Part shown: positions 1 through 16,000 of the stretch, in pieces
Position numbering within the stretch: position 1 is the first letter of the stretch
Layout of the letters: the number at the start of each line of letters is the position of its first letter
NCBI RefSeq assembly: GCF_009914755.1
Contig: NC_060929.1
DNA from: the human T2T-CHM13v2.0 reference genome, Homo sapiens
Direction: 5' to 3' (one strand)
DNA: 64,000 bases
Notes under the pieces: model-generated
Seen by the model: only the letters and a program-made list of their open reading frames with translations
Database searches by the model: none
Told to the model about the DNA's origin: nothing
Translations under genes and position numbers: made by a program

Positions 1-794
1 TATCTCTAATGGATGGGAAGGAGCTTACAGGAACTGCTCAAAAAAAGGCCTGGGAGGAAACAGGGGTCATGCAGGCCCCCAGCCTCCCCCAGTGGCTCCA
101 CATCAATAGAACTTATTTGCCCCTTGCTCCGAGATATAACACCCAGGGGATTGCAGGAGACCTGAGATGCCAGTCATGTGGGAATCACATGTGAGGAGTC
201 TCCACACTGCATAGCCCACGGGGATAGGGTCAACGGGAGTGGCTGGAAAGGAAGAGGAGGCAATGGCCGGTGCTGGGGCCAGGGATCATGGGATTCAAGA
301 AAGCTATTTAGAGTCAACCTCATGCCTAGATTATAAGGACCTTCACTCCAGGGACTATTACCTTGTATCCCACTCAGCCCTGGGTACAAGGTAGATGTCC
401 AACAAGTACTCCTCTTGGGCAGAGGAATAGAAAACCCACTCAGACATTCTCAGGACACACATACCTCCTCCGCAACAGAGTCTCCGTACTGAAGGACAAG
501 TGTCCTTTTCCTCTTTCCTCATCCTGCAGCCCAACAAAGGCCACAGGTGGCCAAATGTACCAGACAACAAAAGCTGATGAAGACGCTGCTGCCGTGCACA
601 AGGTGGGCCCACGAGAGGGCAGTTGGTGGCCAGGTGGGAAGAAAAGCAGAGACACTTCTAAGGAGAGGCTGGTAACTGAAGATCCCTCAGATGCAAGGCC
701 TCATCAGAGATGTAGAATGCCTGGGCTCTAGTCAGAGCCCTCAAGACTCCTTTAACCTTGGGTCTTGATTTTCTTACCTATGAAAGGAGAACAG

Positions 795-1159
<365 letters not shown>

Positions 1160-1299
1160 TCATTCCAGGGGGAGGAGGCCATGCTGACCCCCAAGGCCTC
1201 TGAGGGAAACAGCTTCTGCTTTCCTAGCAGGCACTGGCAGCTCAAGTCAGGCCTTCCCACTCTCCGATAGTCCCGTCCCAATGAAATACCGAGGCTGGG

Positions 1300-2165
1300 C
1301 CCAGAATCACCATGCCTGCCCGCCCGGCTGAGAAGGGGTGAGAAGGGAAGATGTGGAAGTGACAAGCCGGAGGCAGCTGATGAGGCCGACCACAGAAAGA
1401 ACGGGCCTCCGTGGTGGGCCCGGAGCTGAGAGGGCCTGCGTGAGGGTAGGGCGCAGAAGGCCAGAACCCGGAGCCTCAAGGGGGCCTAGTTTAGGAGCAG
1501 GGCAGGATTGGAACATCCTCCCTATAGAGAAGAGGCCTGTAGACCAGAATTTTTTCTGACTCTGCAAGCCTGGACTTCATCTTGTTTGTGTGAGGCGAGG
1601 AACCTGGTCGATCCTCGCCAAAGGGGATGGGTCAGAGAGACAGCAGCACCTTCCTCCACGCCTGCAGGGGACTGGAAGGAGGAAGGAGGGCTGGGAAGGG
1701 CAGAGGGGTAGCTCCTGAGCGGCAGCGCCAGCTGTCCACACTGGGAGCTCTCCGTTCGGCGGCCTTTCACTGAGGGCTGGCTCCCAACAGGCTGTGTTCT
1801 GGACACTACTCCAACAAGCAACGGCATATTATTGGACAGGCTGCCCAGGACTCAGCAAGCCCAGCAAGAACCCAGCTCCATCACCCGCACAGGGCAGCAG
1901 AGGCATCCGCTGGTCCTCACTGGGGAAGGCAGCAGACCTTTCCAAAGCCCCTACAGCTTTCCTCCCAGCCTCAGCCCAGGAGGAGAGGGCACTCCGAGGC
2001 CGGTGCAGGAGCTGAGACGCAGCCTGCCCTGCCACCTGGTGGAGAGATGAGGAAGGTGCGCGGGTCCGCGTTCAGGCAGGTAATGCCCCGCCACCTGGTG
2101 GAAAGCTGCCGGCAGAGGGTTCCGGCGCTTGCAATCAGCCCAGCCGCGTGGCAGCCCACAGTCCT
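1300..2165. promoter_or_regulatory. GC-rich, CpG-retaining candidate regulatory region
   Basis: Visibly more CpG than other unique DNA in the window (e.g. GTGCGCGGGTCCGCG, GCCGCGTG); contains two CTCF-type motifs. Confidence 0.55.
2025..2103 (-). promoter_or_regulatory. Tandem pair of CTCF-type core motifs
   Basis: GCCACCTGGTGGA at 2031-2043 and 2090-2102 (minus strand TCCACCAGGTGGCA/G); matches the CTCF core CCASYAGRKGGC. Confidence 0.7.
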
Positions 2166-2402
2166 AGCCTAGAACATGAAGGATATAGTGTTCTAGGGCT
2201 CAGAGGCCTTGCCATATTCTTCTGACCCAAGAAGCAGACTCTGGCCCTGAGCCAGTGCTAGGAAAGGGCCATTCTAATTTAACCCGCCAAGATTAAGGCC
2301 AACATATCTGGCTTTTAATAACTTGTTATGACTCTGACACAGTTTCCTGAAGCTTTTCTGAAGCAAGTTCTAGATTTGGCAAAAGGAAATAAGAAATAAT
2401 AG

Positions 2403-2680
2403 CTATCTTGAAATATCTATAGGGCTGTTATCTGGAAGAAAGACTAAATTTATTTTGTGTAGCTCAGAGGGACAGACATAAGGCTAACAGGTAAAAGTCA
2501 AGGCAAAGCAGATTCTGCCTCCATGAAAGGAGCGTTTCTACCAATTAGAGCTGACCTCACTGGCAGCCTTCAAAAGGAGTGAGTTATCAGGCAACAGGTG
2601 CGTTCAAGCAAGGCAGGATCTCTAGTTTGGCAGACATGTTAGAGGGACAGTTTTTGTACAGGGATCTTAGTGTCTCCTGC
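2403..2680 (+). mobile_element. L3/CR1 LINE 3' relic
   Basis: GAAATATCTATAGGGCTGTTATCTGGAAGAA...GCTCAGAGGGACAGA...TTTCTACCAATTAGAGCTG resembles the recalled CR1/L3 3' consensus. Confidence 0.65.
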
Positions 2681-5502
2681 AATGCTGAGATGCCACACCA
2701 GCTTATCCCTGTCTCCTTACCTTCCTTTACCAATGTTTATTGAATCAACTCTATGCTCAGCTCCAGAGATTTCAGAGACAAATAAGACACAACTCTTGCC
2801 CTCAAGTATTTTAGAGTTTAGTGGAGTAGTGAGCCCTCTAGCTTCTAGTTCCACCCCAAATAATAGATGATGACCTTTGGCTTACACTGCATTCACCTCT
2901 CAAACAGGAAGGGCAAGGGAAACACTATGTGCCTTTCCCGTCCTTACTGGAACAATTCCATGCCTCCCATTGACATATGAACTTAAATAATATTGCAAAT
3001 GGAGTGTGCTATCATCGCCTAAGAATAATATAAATAAAGCAATAAAAACAATGAATGTCATTTTACTATGTGCCAGGCATTGTGCCCCTCACTTTACAAG
3101 TATTATTTTTACTTCATTGTGCTGGCAAAAGTTCAAAGACAAACCGAATAACCTTTAGAAGTCCCTAAAGGGCTATACAGAAAAAAGATGTCTGACTATT
3201 CTCCACATTCTCCAATTCATGCCACAGGATAATGGTTTTGTATTACAAGAAGGCCTAAGATAGCTATAAAATAGAACATTCTGGGAACAAGATGGTCCAA
3301 AACACTGGAGTAAAACATCAACCAAGATGGTGGTGTTTCCTTCTTTAGAGCACTTGAACAACAACCTGGATATTCATTTGGTTCTAAGGATAAAAGGAAA
3401 GGAGTAGAGAAAATGAACTGGTCTGGCCAATGGATAAGGTCTGGGTACAGGATCAGAGCTTTCAAGTCAGGTTGATAAAACCTCACATGATAAGGAGGTA
3501 GGCTTCATAGGACCACCAAGACTAGAGCAACATCCCCACCTCCACTGGAGGGGCCCTCAAGAGTGAGCCACTAGAAGATGCAGGCAAGGCTAATTTGGGC
3601 TGACTACTTGGCTTCTAAGTTCTACCCTGCACTCTGACCCTCTGTGTCCACCACTCCCACCAACATCCTTTATCCCTCCATGTTTCTCTCTAACTATTCC
3701 AGCCCTGCTATCCCCTGATGAGCTTATCTCCTTTTTCAGGGTACCTCTGGGACCATCTTCTCCTCTAGCATGCAACCTGTGCATGAAAGACCAGAGAGCA
3801 AAGAAGAGAAGAAGTGGCCTGTGGTAGGAAGCAGTGGGAAGGCAGGAAAGCTGAGAGAGTGCTCATGACTGGGATATAACCCCAAGTGCTAAAAATCAGA
3901 CAGAAAAGGCAGTGCTAATCTTTACATTCCACCAAAGTAGAATGTGTAAAACCTGCTGGGAATCCTTAGTTAGCACTATCCATGAAACCTTTCCAAACAT
4001 GCGTTTGCTTCAGACTTGAAAATGAGGCCAGTCTCCATAACCAGTTTTTCTTTTTTTTTTATTTTTTCCCCTTGAGCTTTGAAAGTTAATGAATCTCCAT
4101 CCTTCTTAGAAGGGAACACAGTGACAACACCACCATCCTGGAGACTATCCTGTTTGCTCAACCTCAGTTTCCCCAACATGGGGAGAAAAGAAGCAGATCT
4201 AGCTCTGCCTCTGGGCCATAGTAAAGGACTACCTCAGTCAGATGCATTCAGCCAGCCCAGAGACCAAGCTGATGACACATGTAGGCCCTTAAAGTTTCCC
4301 TGAGAGCCCCCAGGGTTGGCATCAATTTCATTTTAACACCCTAGCTCCTCCACGATCACTCTGCCTGTGTCAGCTTTGATTCATGGGCCTATTTTCCACT
4401 AGACGGTAAGTCATCTTCCTGGCATCCAAACAGCTGGGGTTGGAGTAGGGAAAGAACTAGGTAGGCATTTGCTTTGCAACACATCTGTCCTTAGGGGGCA
4501 GCCAACAAGGAGTTGATTGTGCCCACCATTCTTCACCCAAACTCCTTTCACAATGGCAAGGAATTGCGGGGAGGAGCTGTGGCCCAGACCCAGAAGGAAA
4601 TTAAATGGCCTCAAAATAGGTCAAACATGCCTTTGGCCCAAACCCACAAAAGGAAAAACCAGAAGACAGCATGCTTGCCTTCCAGTTACAAAACAAATGT
4701 AAAAAAAATCAAGCATTCTCAAGTGCATGAGCAATATGCAATTAGAAAATATAATGAAAATACCATCCCATTAGTAATATCAATAAAACATACAATGATA
4801 GGACTAAAGTTAGTAAGAAACGTGCAGGATCTATCAATAGAAAATTATGCTCTAGCTCTATTAAAGGAAACAAACAAACAAAAAGGAATAAATGAAAGTA
4901 AAAATGTAGTACTTTACAACATATCTCCCCAAGGTAACCTCTACATTTAACAGCATTCCAAACTAAAAAACCCAAGGGCATAATTGATTCTCAAATTTAT
5001 CTAGAAGAATAAACGTAGAATAGCCAAGAAAAATACTGATAAAGAAGAACAAAAAAAGAGAACGTGCACTGCCAGATACGAAAATGTATTATAAAGCTAC
5101 AATAATTTTAAAAATGATGTTCAGGTACCAGAATAGATCAATCAGTGGAACATAATATAAAGCCAAGAAACAATTGCAGGTGTTGAACAAAGGCTTTATT
5201 AACAGGACCAGTGCGTATATAAAATGTAATATTATAGATACATGTAGAATGTTAAGTGACATTTTGTATTAAAACAAAAAGAATGGACTGTCCAACAATG
5301 ATACTGGAATAACAAGTTAACTAAAATTTTAAAACACTAGGCCTATAATACACAAAAATAAATTATAGATGGTTAAGAGACCTAAATGTTAAATAAAACA
5401 CTAGGACATTTAGGTAGATGTTTATGTCACACAGGAGGAATAGAAGAGTCTTTCTAAGAATGAATCAAGAAGTAGACCAAAAAGAAATACTGATAATGTT
5501 TA

Positions 5503-5846
<344 letters not shown>

Positions 5847-6470
5847 CTACTAAAGGCAAACAATAAGCTGAAAAACTCTATACAGCATTTATCAAAATAA
5901 AGATTAATACCCTAGATATATAAGGAACCTTGTAACAATATGAAAAAGATAAATACCTCAACAGAAAAATGGGCAAAGACATAAAAGAAACATAAGATGC
6001 TAATAAGCTTATTAAAATGTTAACCTAAATCATAATCAAAGTAAATTAAAATGAAATAACGTTTTGCATATCAGATATGTAAAAGTGAAAAGAACATTGG
6101 TGAGTGTGTGCAGAAATTAGTAGTCACATACTGGTAGTGAAGCATAAATTGACACAATCTTTCTGAACTTGGCAATAAGTATCAAAAGCCTTATAACATA
6201 CATATCTTTAGTCTCTTTAGTTCCATCTGGGAATGCATCCTAAAGAAGTAAGAATATGCAAAAAAAAAAAAAAAAAAAAAGCCCTTTATCTGGAAGTGCA
6301 ACTGGCATAATAAAAAATTAAAAATAAACTAAATTTCTAATAATAAATAATTGATAAAATAAATTATGGTTGTATTTATATAATGAAATACCATGTGACC
6401 TTTAAAAATGATAGCATAAAAACACAGCTGTTATCACAGAAAGATGTTCCTTCCTTATATCCTCATATAC

Positions 6471-6765
6471 TTTTTTTTTGAGACGAGGTCTCACTCCGTT
6501 GCCTGGGCTGGAGTACAGTGGCACGATCACAGCTCACTGCAGCTCAGCTGCACCTCTTGGGCTCAGGTGATCCTCCCACCTCAGCCTCCCAAGTAGCCGG
6601 GACTACAGGCATGTGCCTACACCCCTGGCTAATTTTTGTGTTTTTTGTAGAGATGGGGTTTCTCCATGTTGCCCACACTGGTCTCAAACTCCTGAGCTCA
6701 AACAATCCTCCTGCCTCTGCCTCCCAAAATGCTAGGATTACAGGTGTGAGCCACCGCGTCTTGCT
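6471..6765 (-). mobile_element. AluJ
   Basis: Poly-T followed by reverse Alu with J-type features (GGGCTCAGGTGATCCTCCCACC); flanked by CCTCATATACT repeats. Confidence 0.95.
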
Positions 6766-6784
6766 AATGTTCCTCATATACTTG

Positions 6785-6932
6785 TATTTTATTTTGGCTT
6801 AAGCAGCAAGTATTTATTTATCACAATTCTGGAAGCCAAAAGTTCAAGATAAAGATTCTGACAGATTCAGTGTCTGGTGAGGGCCCATTTCCTGGTTCGT
6901 AGACAGCTGTCGTGATTGCCCTCACAACGCGG
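6785..6932 (-). mobile_element. MaLR (MLT1A/MST-like) LTR 3' fragment with A-tail
   Basis: Minus strand reads ...CTTCCAGAATTGTGATAAATAAATACTTGCTGCTTAAGCC then AAAATAAAAATA. Confidence 0.75.
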
Positions 6933-9048
6933 CCTCACATACTTTTAAATGAAACATGGGGCAGGTTATGAAAGAGTAGGTATAGTATGATCCCATTTTT
7001 AAAAGAGTTTTTCTACACAGTGACAGTTCTGGAAGAATTTACTCCAGAATCTTTAGTTTTGTTGCTGGGTAGTGAGATTATGAGTGTTCTTATTTTCTTC
7101 TTTTTGATTACCCATATCGTCTAACTGTTCAAAATTCAATAGTTCTTGTGTAATTTAAAAATGTTTTTTAAAAGCAAAACTAGGAGCCACTTACAATTCC
7201 TACATACCCAGTCCTCCCTGGCCCTTTTTGCTCTGGAGATAAAAATGTTTCATTCAGGTAAAATAATCCAATAGCTTAGAAATATATACTCCCCAACCCC
7301 AAATAGTTTCATTCCAATTCCTCACTAGGGTTTTCCTCCTCACCGAGAAAATGAAAAACTACCACAAAAGGCTATGATGTGACAAGGATCCAAGATTTCC
7401 CCCTTTTCCTCTTCCCCTCCCTCCATTCTCAAGGGGAGTACCTCTGTCCTTGGCAAAATGGGGAAGGGCTATGCCTTGGAGGCAGCAGGGTACCCCAAAA
7501 GGCACAAGCCACACCAGTCACTTTGAGCCAGGGGAAGGGGAGAAGGCTGTGGTCTGGCAAACAGGGGAGCTTGGGCTAAGTTGACAACACGTGATTGTGA
7601 GGATGATGAGCTGCCACCTAGACCATCGAACAGCAAGGTGTCAGGTAAGACATGAGGCAATCGCACACTCAACCAGTCATAATTTTTTAAAAAATATAAT
7701 TTACCAATAGTTTTTTTTCTACCAGTGAGAGCCTACATCATTAAAAATGTAAGATTCCAGCCTCCTCTTCCTCCTTGGCTGTTACCAGCCCCTATTTCTC
7801 TTCTCCCCGTAGATCAGAGGCCTCAGAAATGGCCTGGTCCTCCACCCAGCCTCGGGACCAACTGTTCTCAGCACCAAGGTTGAGGACAGCAACTCTGCAA
7901 CGTGGCACATGCCTATGGGGTGCTCCTACCTTTAGGGGGCCTCTGCTTCTGGTCCACAGCTTTAGACTACTTCCTTTCTAAACCCAGAGGGGGACAGGCC
8001 CACAGAATGGCTGCTTAGATGCAGTAAATGTTCTCTGGATGTGGAAAACCCATTTCCTGGTCTGTATGTAGGCCATGCGCCCCCTGTGTGGGCTAGCAGC
8101 CAATGTGCCTCTGGAGAAGAGGTTTCTTGAATGCTGATACACAAGCGCCTCATATGTGTGTCGTACATGTCTACTTGTCATGTGTACTACATGTGCACGA
8201 ATGTGCAGGCCACCCCCAATAATATCGCGATGTCCCTGTACCTCTCCATTCTTACATATCTTGGAATCACTCAGCCAATTCTAATCGCAGTCAGCAAAGG
8301 ACTTAGAATCAAAATCAAGTCCAGCTTCTCTGGTGCAGTGCTTTCTGGTGAAAAGGGAAAAAAAAGACTGGGTCTAAACACCTTTCCCAGCACTTCATGG
8401 TCAGACCCTTTTGCCTGTTCTGCATGCCCCAGGGCCTCCGAGGCACAGACAGCAGCCTCCTGCTACAGGAACCGGCCCCGCAGTGTGGCCAGTCTGACCT
8501 AGTCTGCCACCCTTACCCCAGTCCTACTTTCAAGGAAGGAGTAGCCTCAGTACCCCTCCCTGAGCTTGGTGTCCAGGACCCCAGCCTGACTGGTATGTGG
8601 AGAGCCAGAGAGGGCAGACACAAAGCCAGGTGCCAGGTCTGGGATGAGCCCTGCAGGAGTAACCCTATGGGCAGTCCTGCTCACTTCCTTAGACAAGAGA
8701 GGAGGCCCTCCAGAGCCCTAGGGCCATCTGGGGAATATCAGATAGCAGCAAGGCAGGCTGGCTGGGGCAGCTGGGCTGGGCTGAGACTGTCTTGCCAAGG
8801 CCACAGGCTTCCTTTGCAGATGGTAGTGAAGGAAATAGTTGGTGAAGCTCAATAGATCACCTCCCCTACCTCTGCCTCAGTCCACCAGAAGAAAACTGTC
8901 TGTATCCTGGGGCTGAACATGCTTTTCAGCAATTGGTGCTTTCTAGATACTTGGGACTCCAATAGGGTAATAGAATAAAAGAAAATATAACTTTTAGAGC
9001 TGGAATTAAAATTAAAAATAATACATTATTCCAACAAGTCCTAAAAAT

Positions 9049-9275
9049 GCTAACATTTATTAAGCATTTATTGTGGGCTCAACTAAGCATTTTACCTAAA
9101 TTATTACATTTAATCTAAGAACAACTCCATGAGGTAGCTAACCTTATACTTTCCTTATGTTATAGATGTTGAAAAGGTGACACAGAGAGGCTGAGAGACT
9201 TGTCCAAGGTCACCAACTTGTAAGAGGCAGGCTGGGTCTATGTGACTCTCAAGTCCACACCCTTCAGTACTCTGG
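9049..9275 (-). mobile_element. MIR
   Basis: GCTAACATTTATTAAGCAT...ACAACTCCATGAGGTAG...ACTTGTCCAAGGTCAC (MIR core). Confidence 0.8.
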
Positions 9276-9954
9276 GACACTCTCGACAATCCTGCTTTGG
9301 AATTCCTGACAAGTCAGGGTTGTCAGAGCCTCCCACCACTTTAAATGAGGAGACAAATTCTTTGTATAAGGCTTGTGCTCCTCAAAGAATGGGTTTCATT
9401 TGTGTTGCAGAAAAAAATATTGCTCACAATGCCTTCCCCAGAGGCTTTATTCCTGAAGTCTTTGAACCAGTTAAAGGTAATAACCTCAAATGCAGAGCCA
9501 ACAGTCTTAGGGTCTTAACTTGATGGGCAGCCACATGATTCAATCCTATATAATGAGTGATCTATTGCAGTGATTTGCAAAAGAAGCCAGTGAGGCCAAA
9601 CAGTGGGCTCATTCCCTGAGGTGCCAATGACTCACTGGGCTTGGGGGAAGCAGAACCCACCTCCTCCCCAATTTTCCCACTGGTAGCCCCTAAATCCTCT
9701 GGGACAGACTCACTGGGTTTCAGAAAGTCAGAGCCAGAAGAGACCCCAGGGTCATTAATATAATCCTATCAGTTCTCAGAGAGAAAGTTGAGGCTGAAGG
9801 AGAAGGTACTAAAACACCACCAGTTTCCTGACAGGTTCTTATCTTTTCCAAAAGCTTAGACCCTAGGGGTAGGACCAGCTGTTAGGTTATTACTTATGTA
9901 CATAATTCCCTCCTTCTGAGCAGGAGTCAGAGGATGAGAGAGAGGAAGAAAAGC

Positions 9955-10160
9955 ATAAATGGTTAAGAGCACTGCATGGGAGTGAGAGAGCCCATAGTTA
10001 AAGTGCTGACATTGCTTCTGCACAGCTCTGTGATCTGCCAAGTTACTTAATCTCTTTGTGTCTTACTTTCCTCTTCAGTAAAATATAGATAATAATGGTG
10101 CCAACTTGAAGGACTAGACTAGGAATTAATCAAATGAATGGATCGCCCAGTGCCTGCCTC
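9955..10160 (+). mobile_element. MIR
   Basis: GGTTAAGAGCAC...CAAGTTACTTAATCTCTTTGTGTCTTACTTTCCTCTTC. Confidence 0.75.
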
Positions 10161-10174
10161 AATTACAAAGGAAT

Positions 10175-10385
10175 AGTGAGGAAATCTGAATAAAGTATAA
10201 ACTTTAGTTCATAATACTACATTAATATTGGTTCATTAATTATAACAAAGGTACCACACTAATGTAAGATGTTAATACTATAGAACACTGGGTTGGGATA
10301 TATGGAACTCTCTGGCTTATCTTCACAATTTTTCTGTAAACCTAAAAGTTCTAAAATAAAAAGTTTATTAAAAAATATAAAAAGA
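10175..10385 (+). mobile_element. L1MC/MD-type 3' end
   Basis: AAATCTGAATAAAGTATA...GTACCACACTAATGTAAGATGTTAATA...TTTCTGTAAACCTAAAA with A-rich tail. Confidence 0.85.
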
Positions 10386-10554
10386 AGTATGGTAGGTAGA
10401 AGTTGTCCTTGCTATAGAGGGGAATGATTATGAACCATGTCCCTAAGAATCCAGAAACAGCCAGAAAGAATCAAGTGGCAAGTCAGCCAGCATCAAGCTC
10501 TTAATGTTCAATCAACTCAAGTCTGCTCCAAATTCTAACCAGAGGTATCAGTAG

Positions 10555-12348
<1,794 letters not shown>

Positions 12349-12532
12349 GAGAAAGACTAAGTCTGAAGTCAGATGGACGCCTACGTTCAAATTCTAAATC
12401 TACCACTTCACAACTCTTTGATCACGAGTAGAGCCCCTCACCTCCCTAGAGCTCCTTTTCCTTTTCCTCCTTACCTGCAGACGATTTCTCCCTGGCTAGA
12501 GCACAGAGTTGCTATGAGGCCAAAATGAGAGA

Positions 12533-13046
12533 CGTGGTCGGCAGCCTCTAGGTCAGCCTCCCGAAAATCTCCATCTCCTGGGATTCTCGTTCTTGTGTAA
12601 TCTTCTCCCTTGAGTGTGGGTTGGACTTATTGATGTGCTGCTAACACATAGAATGTGGGGAATGATGGGATGTCATGTTGCAGATTAGGGCATAAAAAGA
12701 CTGGCTTCCATTTTGGATTGCTTGTCCCTGGGAAGCTAGCTGTCATGTTATAAGGGAGCCCTGTGGAGAGCCTCATGTGAGTGTGCTTGGAAGCAGATCT
12801 TCCAAATCCTGCCAACGACACATGAGTGAGCTTCAAAGCTGATCCTGCAACGCTGGCTGAGCCTTAAGATGACCGCAGTCCTGGAGGACAGCTTGACTGC
12901 AATGGCATGAGAGACTTTGAACCAGAAGCACCCAGCTAAGTCATACCTGCATTCCTGATACACAGAAACTGTGAGATAACAAATGCTTGTTGCTGTAAGT
13001 CTAAATTTTGAAATGATTTTGTATGCAGTAATATATAACTAATATA
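12533..13046 (+). mobile_element. MLT1 (E/F-like) solo LTR
   Basis: GTGGTCGGCAGCCTCTA start; CAGAAACTGTGAGATAACAAATG...ATAACTAATATA end; homologous to 44434-44970. Confidence 0.9.
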
Positions 13047-16000
13047 AGAGGCCATGTGTGAAAATACTCTGTTGGAAACTAAGAAATTTGGTAACACCAG
13101 AAACAAAACAAAACAAAACAAAGCAAAACCCTCAGGCCCATCAGATCCCATGGAAGGTCCCTCCAGTTTGTCACATCCCATGCTATTTCTGCTTATCACT
13201 GCCTCTTTCTTCCTCTTACTCCCAGGACATCCGGAGGCAGATGGGTTTGGTGATGACAGCCCATGAAATTCTCTCCCCACACTGGAAACAGCTCAGCAGT
13301 CCTGGGGGCCAGGGACACACAGGTGAGGCAGCCCAGCTCTCTCCTGACTCTTGAAAACGGAGGGGCCCTGCTTCAGGTGAAGCCAAACATCCAGCCCCAG
13401 CTCTTTGGGAGATTTGTCTTTCTAATTCACAGGATGTTCACAGCATCACCAAAAAAAAAAAAAAATCTTCACTGTACCTGGTTTTGTTCCTTCCAAGGCT
13501 GTCCTCAGGATATAGAGAACCTCTTGAAGTCAGAGTCCAAGCCTTAGATCCATAGGAATGTGCAGATAAATAAGCTCTGCTCTTAGCCCAAGTCTGCTTT
13601 CAGCGTGTACCCTCCAAGACAGACACACCATCCTCATGCCCACCATTCCCCTGGCAGATATCCTTGAAGGCTGGGGGCAGGAAAATACCTTCCAAGAAGA
13701 GTCTAAAAGTCACCGACTGCCATTCAACACTTTCAACCCCAATGAGCTCTGTGGGGAAAGGATGGAGAGAATTGTCTGTTCAGACAGAATGGGCTCCACC
13801 TGAACACCAGCACTAATCTCTACAATCAGTTGGCTTCAATACAGAATTTTCCACCCAGTTTCCTTCCCTTCCCTGTCTCTTCTTCCTACCACTAATTCTC
13901 CCCACAATTTTTTCTGAGCTTGTCAGGCAACTCCCTTTCCCTGGGGAATCTCCCTCCTACTTTCCTGTCCCAAATGGTGAAATCTATGCATCTCTTGACT
14001 TGATTACCCCCTACTAGGAGCTTGGTTGTGCAGAGAAGTGGTTTCTGTAAATGTGTCTCAGGGGGCAGGCAGAAGGATGGAGACACTAAGCCTTAGCTCC
14101 TGGGGTGCAGCGTGGCTGTGAAGAGTTGGGAAAAGCATCAACAGTGGCAGCAGCTTCCTAAGAAGGACTCCCTGTGGTGTGACTGATACAGAGATGAGGA
14201 CCCAGAATAGAGCCAGCAGCATCTATGCTGGGCTTGCTGTACACGCTCTGAGGTCAGGCAGACGAGAGCTGTTGCTGAGTGCAGAGCGATTGCTCACACC
14301 CAGCACCAGCCTGAGCAAGCTGCTCATTTGGGACTGGGTGCTGCTCCCCTACCACCTGTGCCCCTCCGACATCCCCTTCCTCCAGAGGTGGCTTGGAGCA
14401 CTGTTCCCACTCCTAGGGTTGGAGTTCACAGGCAGGAAAATGTAGCCCACTCACCCCACATGGCCATGGTGGGAAGGGCCGGCCTCCCAGCAGCCATGGC
14501 CCTGGCCTGGGTCTCCCTCATATGGGACTCTTACGGATCCTTAACCCGCCATGCTGGCAGTGTTCAAGTCCTGCCTCTGGAAGGCATTCCCTGTGGCCGT
14601 TTCCCTTCTCTTAACACAGGGAAGCTAATCCAGAGAGAGTCCAAGTGGCTGTGCAGAGCCAGGCTGAGGCTCTGGTTCTATCCCAGGCACCAAAGCCCAG
14701 GGATTCCCTCAGGAATAGGGGAGTGATCAGGGGACAGGTCCCAGAACTCCTAGAACTCCATCTAGGGTTCCATGGTTCCAGGAGCACCATGAGGAAGACC
14801 CAGTTCAGCATTAGAGGCTCCAGGCTGCCAGCAAAAAAAGACTCTTGTCATGCTTTGCATGTCCATTTAGTCTGGCTCTACCAGGCTGTGGGCTTTGTAG
14901 ACAGAGGCTGGATCCTGTTTAAGGCTGTGCCCCAGCACAGAGCAAGCTCCCAGTATCTGCCCTCCTCCCTGGAGCCTGCTAACCTAGAGGGGATGCTGGA
15001 GAGGAGGCATGGGAAGAAAAATGAAGAATGACAGTGGTCTCTAGGGGTGGCGCTGGAGAAAGAAGAGCTTGACAGCAATCTCCAAGGCTGTGCCAGCATA
15101 GAGCACGTTTGGAGCAGTACCATTTAGCTCTTAGAAGAGACCTTACATGGTTCAGGGGTTGAGGTGGCCTCACTGAGGGCAGAAAGAAATTAATTTGGTG
15201 GAAGTAAACAGCAAAGCATGGCTTCCCACACCTCCTCACTCTAGGGGTTCTTTCTACTCCCTGTTTTCTGTAAAGTGAAGCCTAAACTCCTCTGCCTAGA
15301 ATTCAAAGCAATCTACAATCTGTCTTCCTCCCCCGATCTGCTCCTGCACTCCCAACCACTCATCCTACAGCTGCCCAGCATGATCCCGGGGCACTCCTGA
15401 GCCTCAGCACTGTCCAAGCACATTCCCCTCACTCCTAAAGCTGCTCCTTTCCACCTCCCTGCCCTCTTTACGGTGGATCCAAACCGCCAGGACTGTGTCC
15501 TGGCCCCCGTTCTCTGGGAAACCTGTTCTAATCACTTCAGCCCACACCAATCTCTGCCTTTTCTAAACTCCTACAGCACTCTTGGCCTGTACCACGTGAC
15601 CTGGCACATTTCCAGCAGCTCACATTGTTCATTAGTTAGTTGCTTTTCTTCAAGTCGTAGTCAATTAGAAGGGAAGAGCTATAAGAAAGCCAGCAGAGCG
15701 CGTCAGTCCTAGACAGCGAGTTTCCGGTTCTTTGAGAGTTGGAACCATGTTGGAATTGTTCTTCTCTCTCTTCTGCCTCAGGGCAGCTCAGAAAATGCCA
15801 GGAATTATTTCTTTACAACTTTCGGGTGTTATCCTCTTCCCATTCCCCCGCAAGGCGCCTTGCTTTCCCCTGGTCCAGTGAGCAGGGGACAGATCTTTTG
15901 TGTCGTACTCTTAGCTGGCTGAGGAGTAGTCTTGCCCAGGGGCAGCAGAATGAATGGGGGAAATTTTATGACTTGCCTCCATCAGAAACTGCCTTCATGG

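Noticed and set aside
6260-6280. Isolated poly-A run
   Set aside because: No associated element or TSD; best read as a mononucleotide microsatellite inside old L1.
12450-12485. Strong-looking + strand acceptor overlapping a - strand donor (CCTTACCTGCAG)
   Set aside because: Lies within a MIR relic and has no convincing partner splice site.
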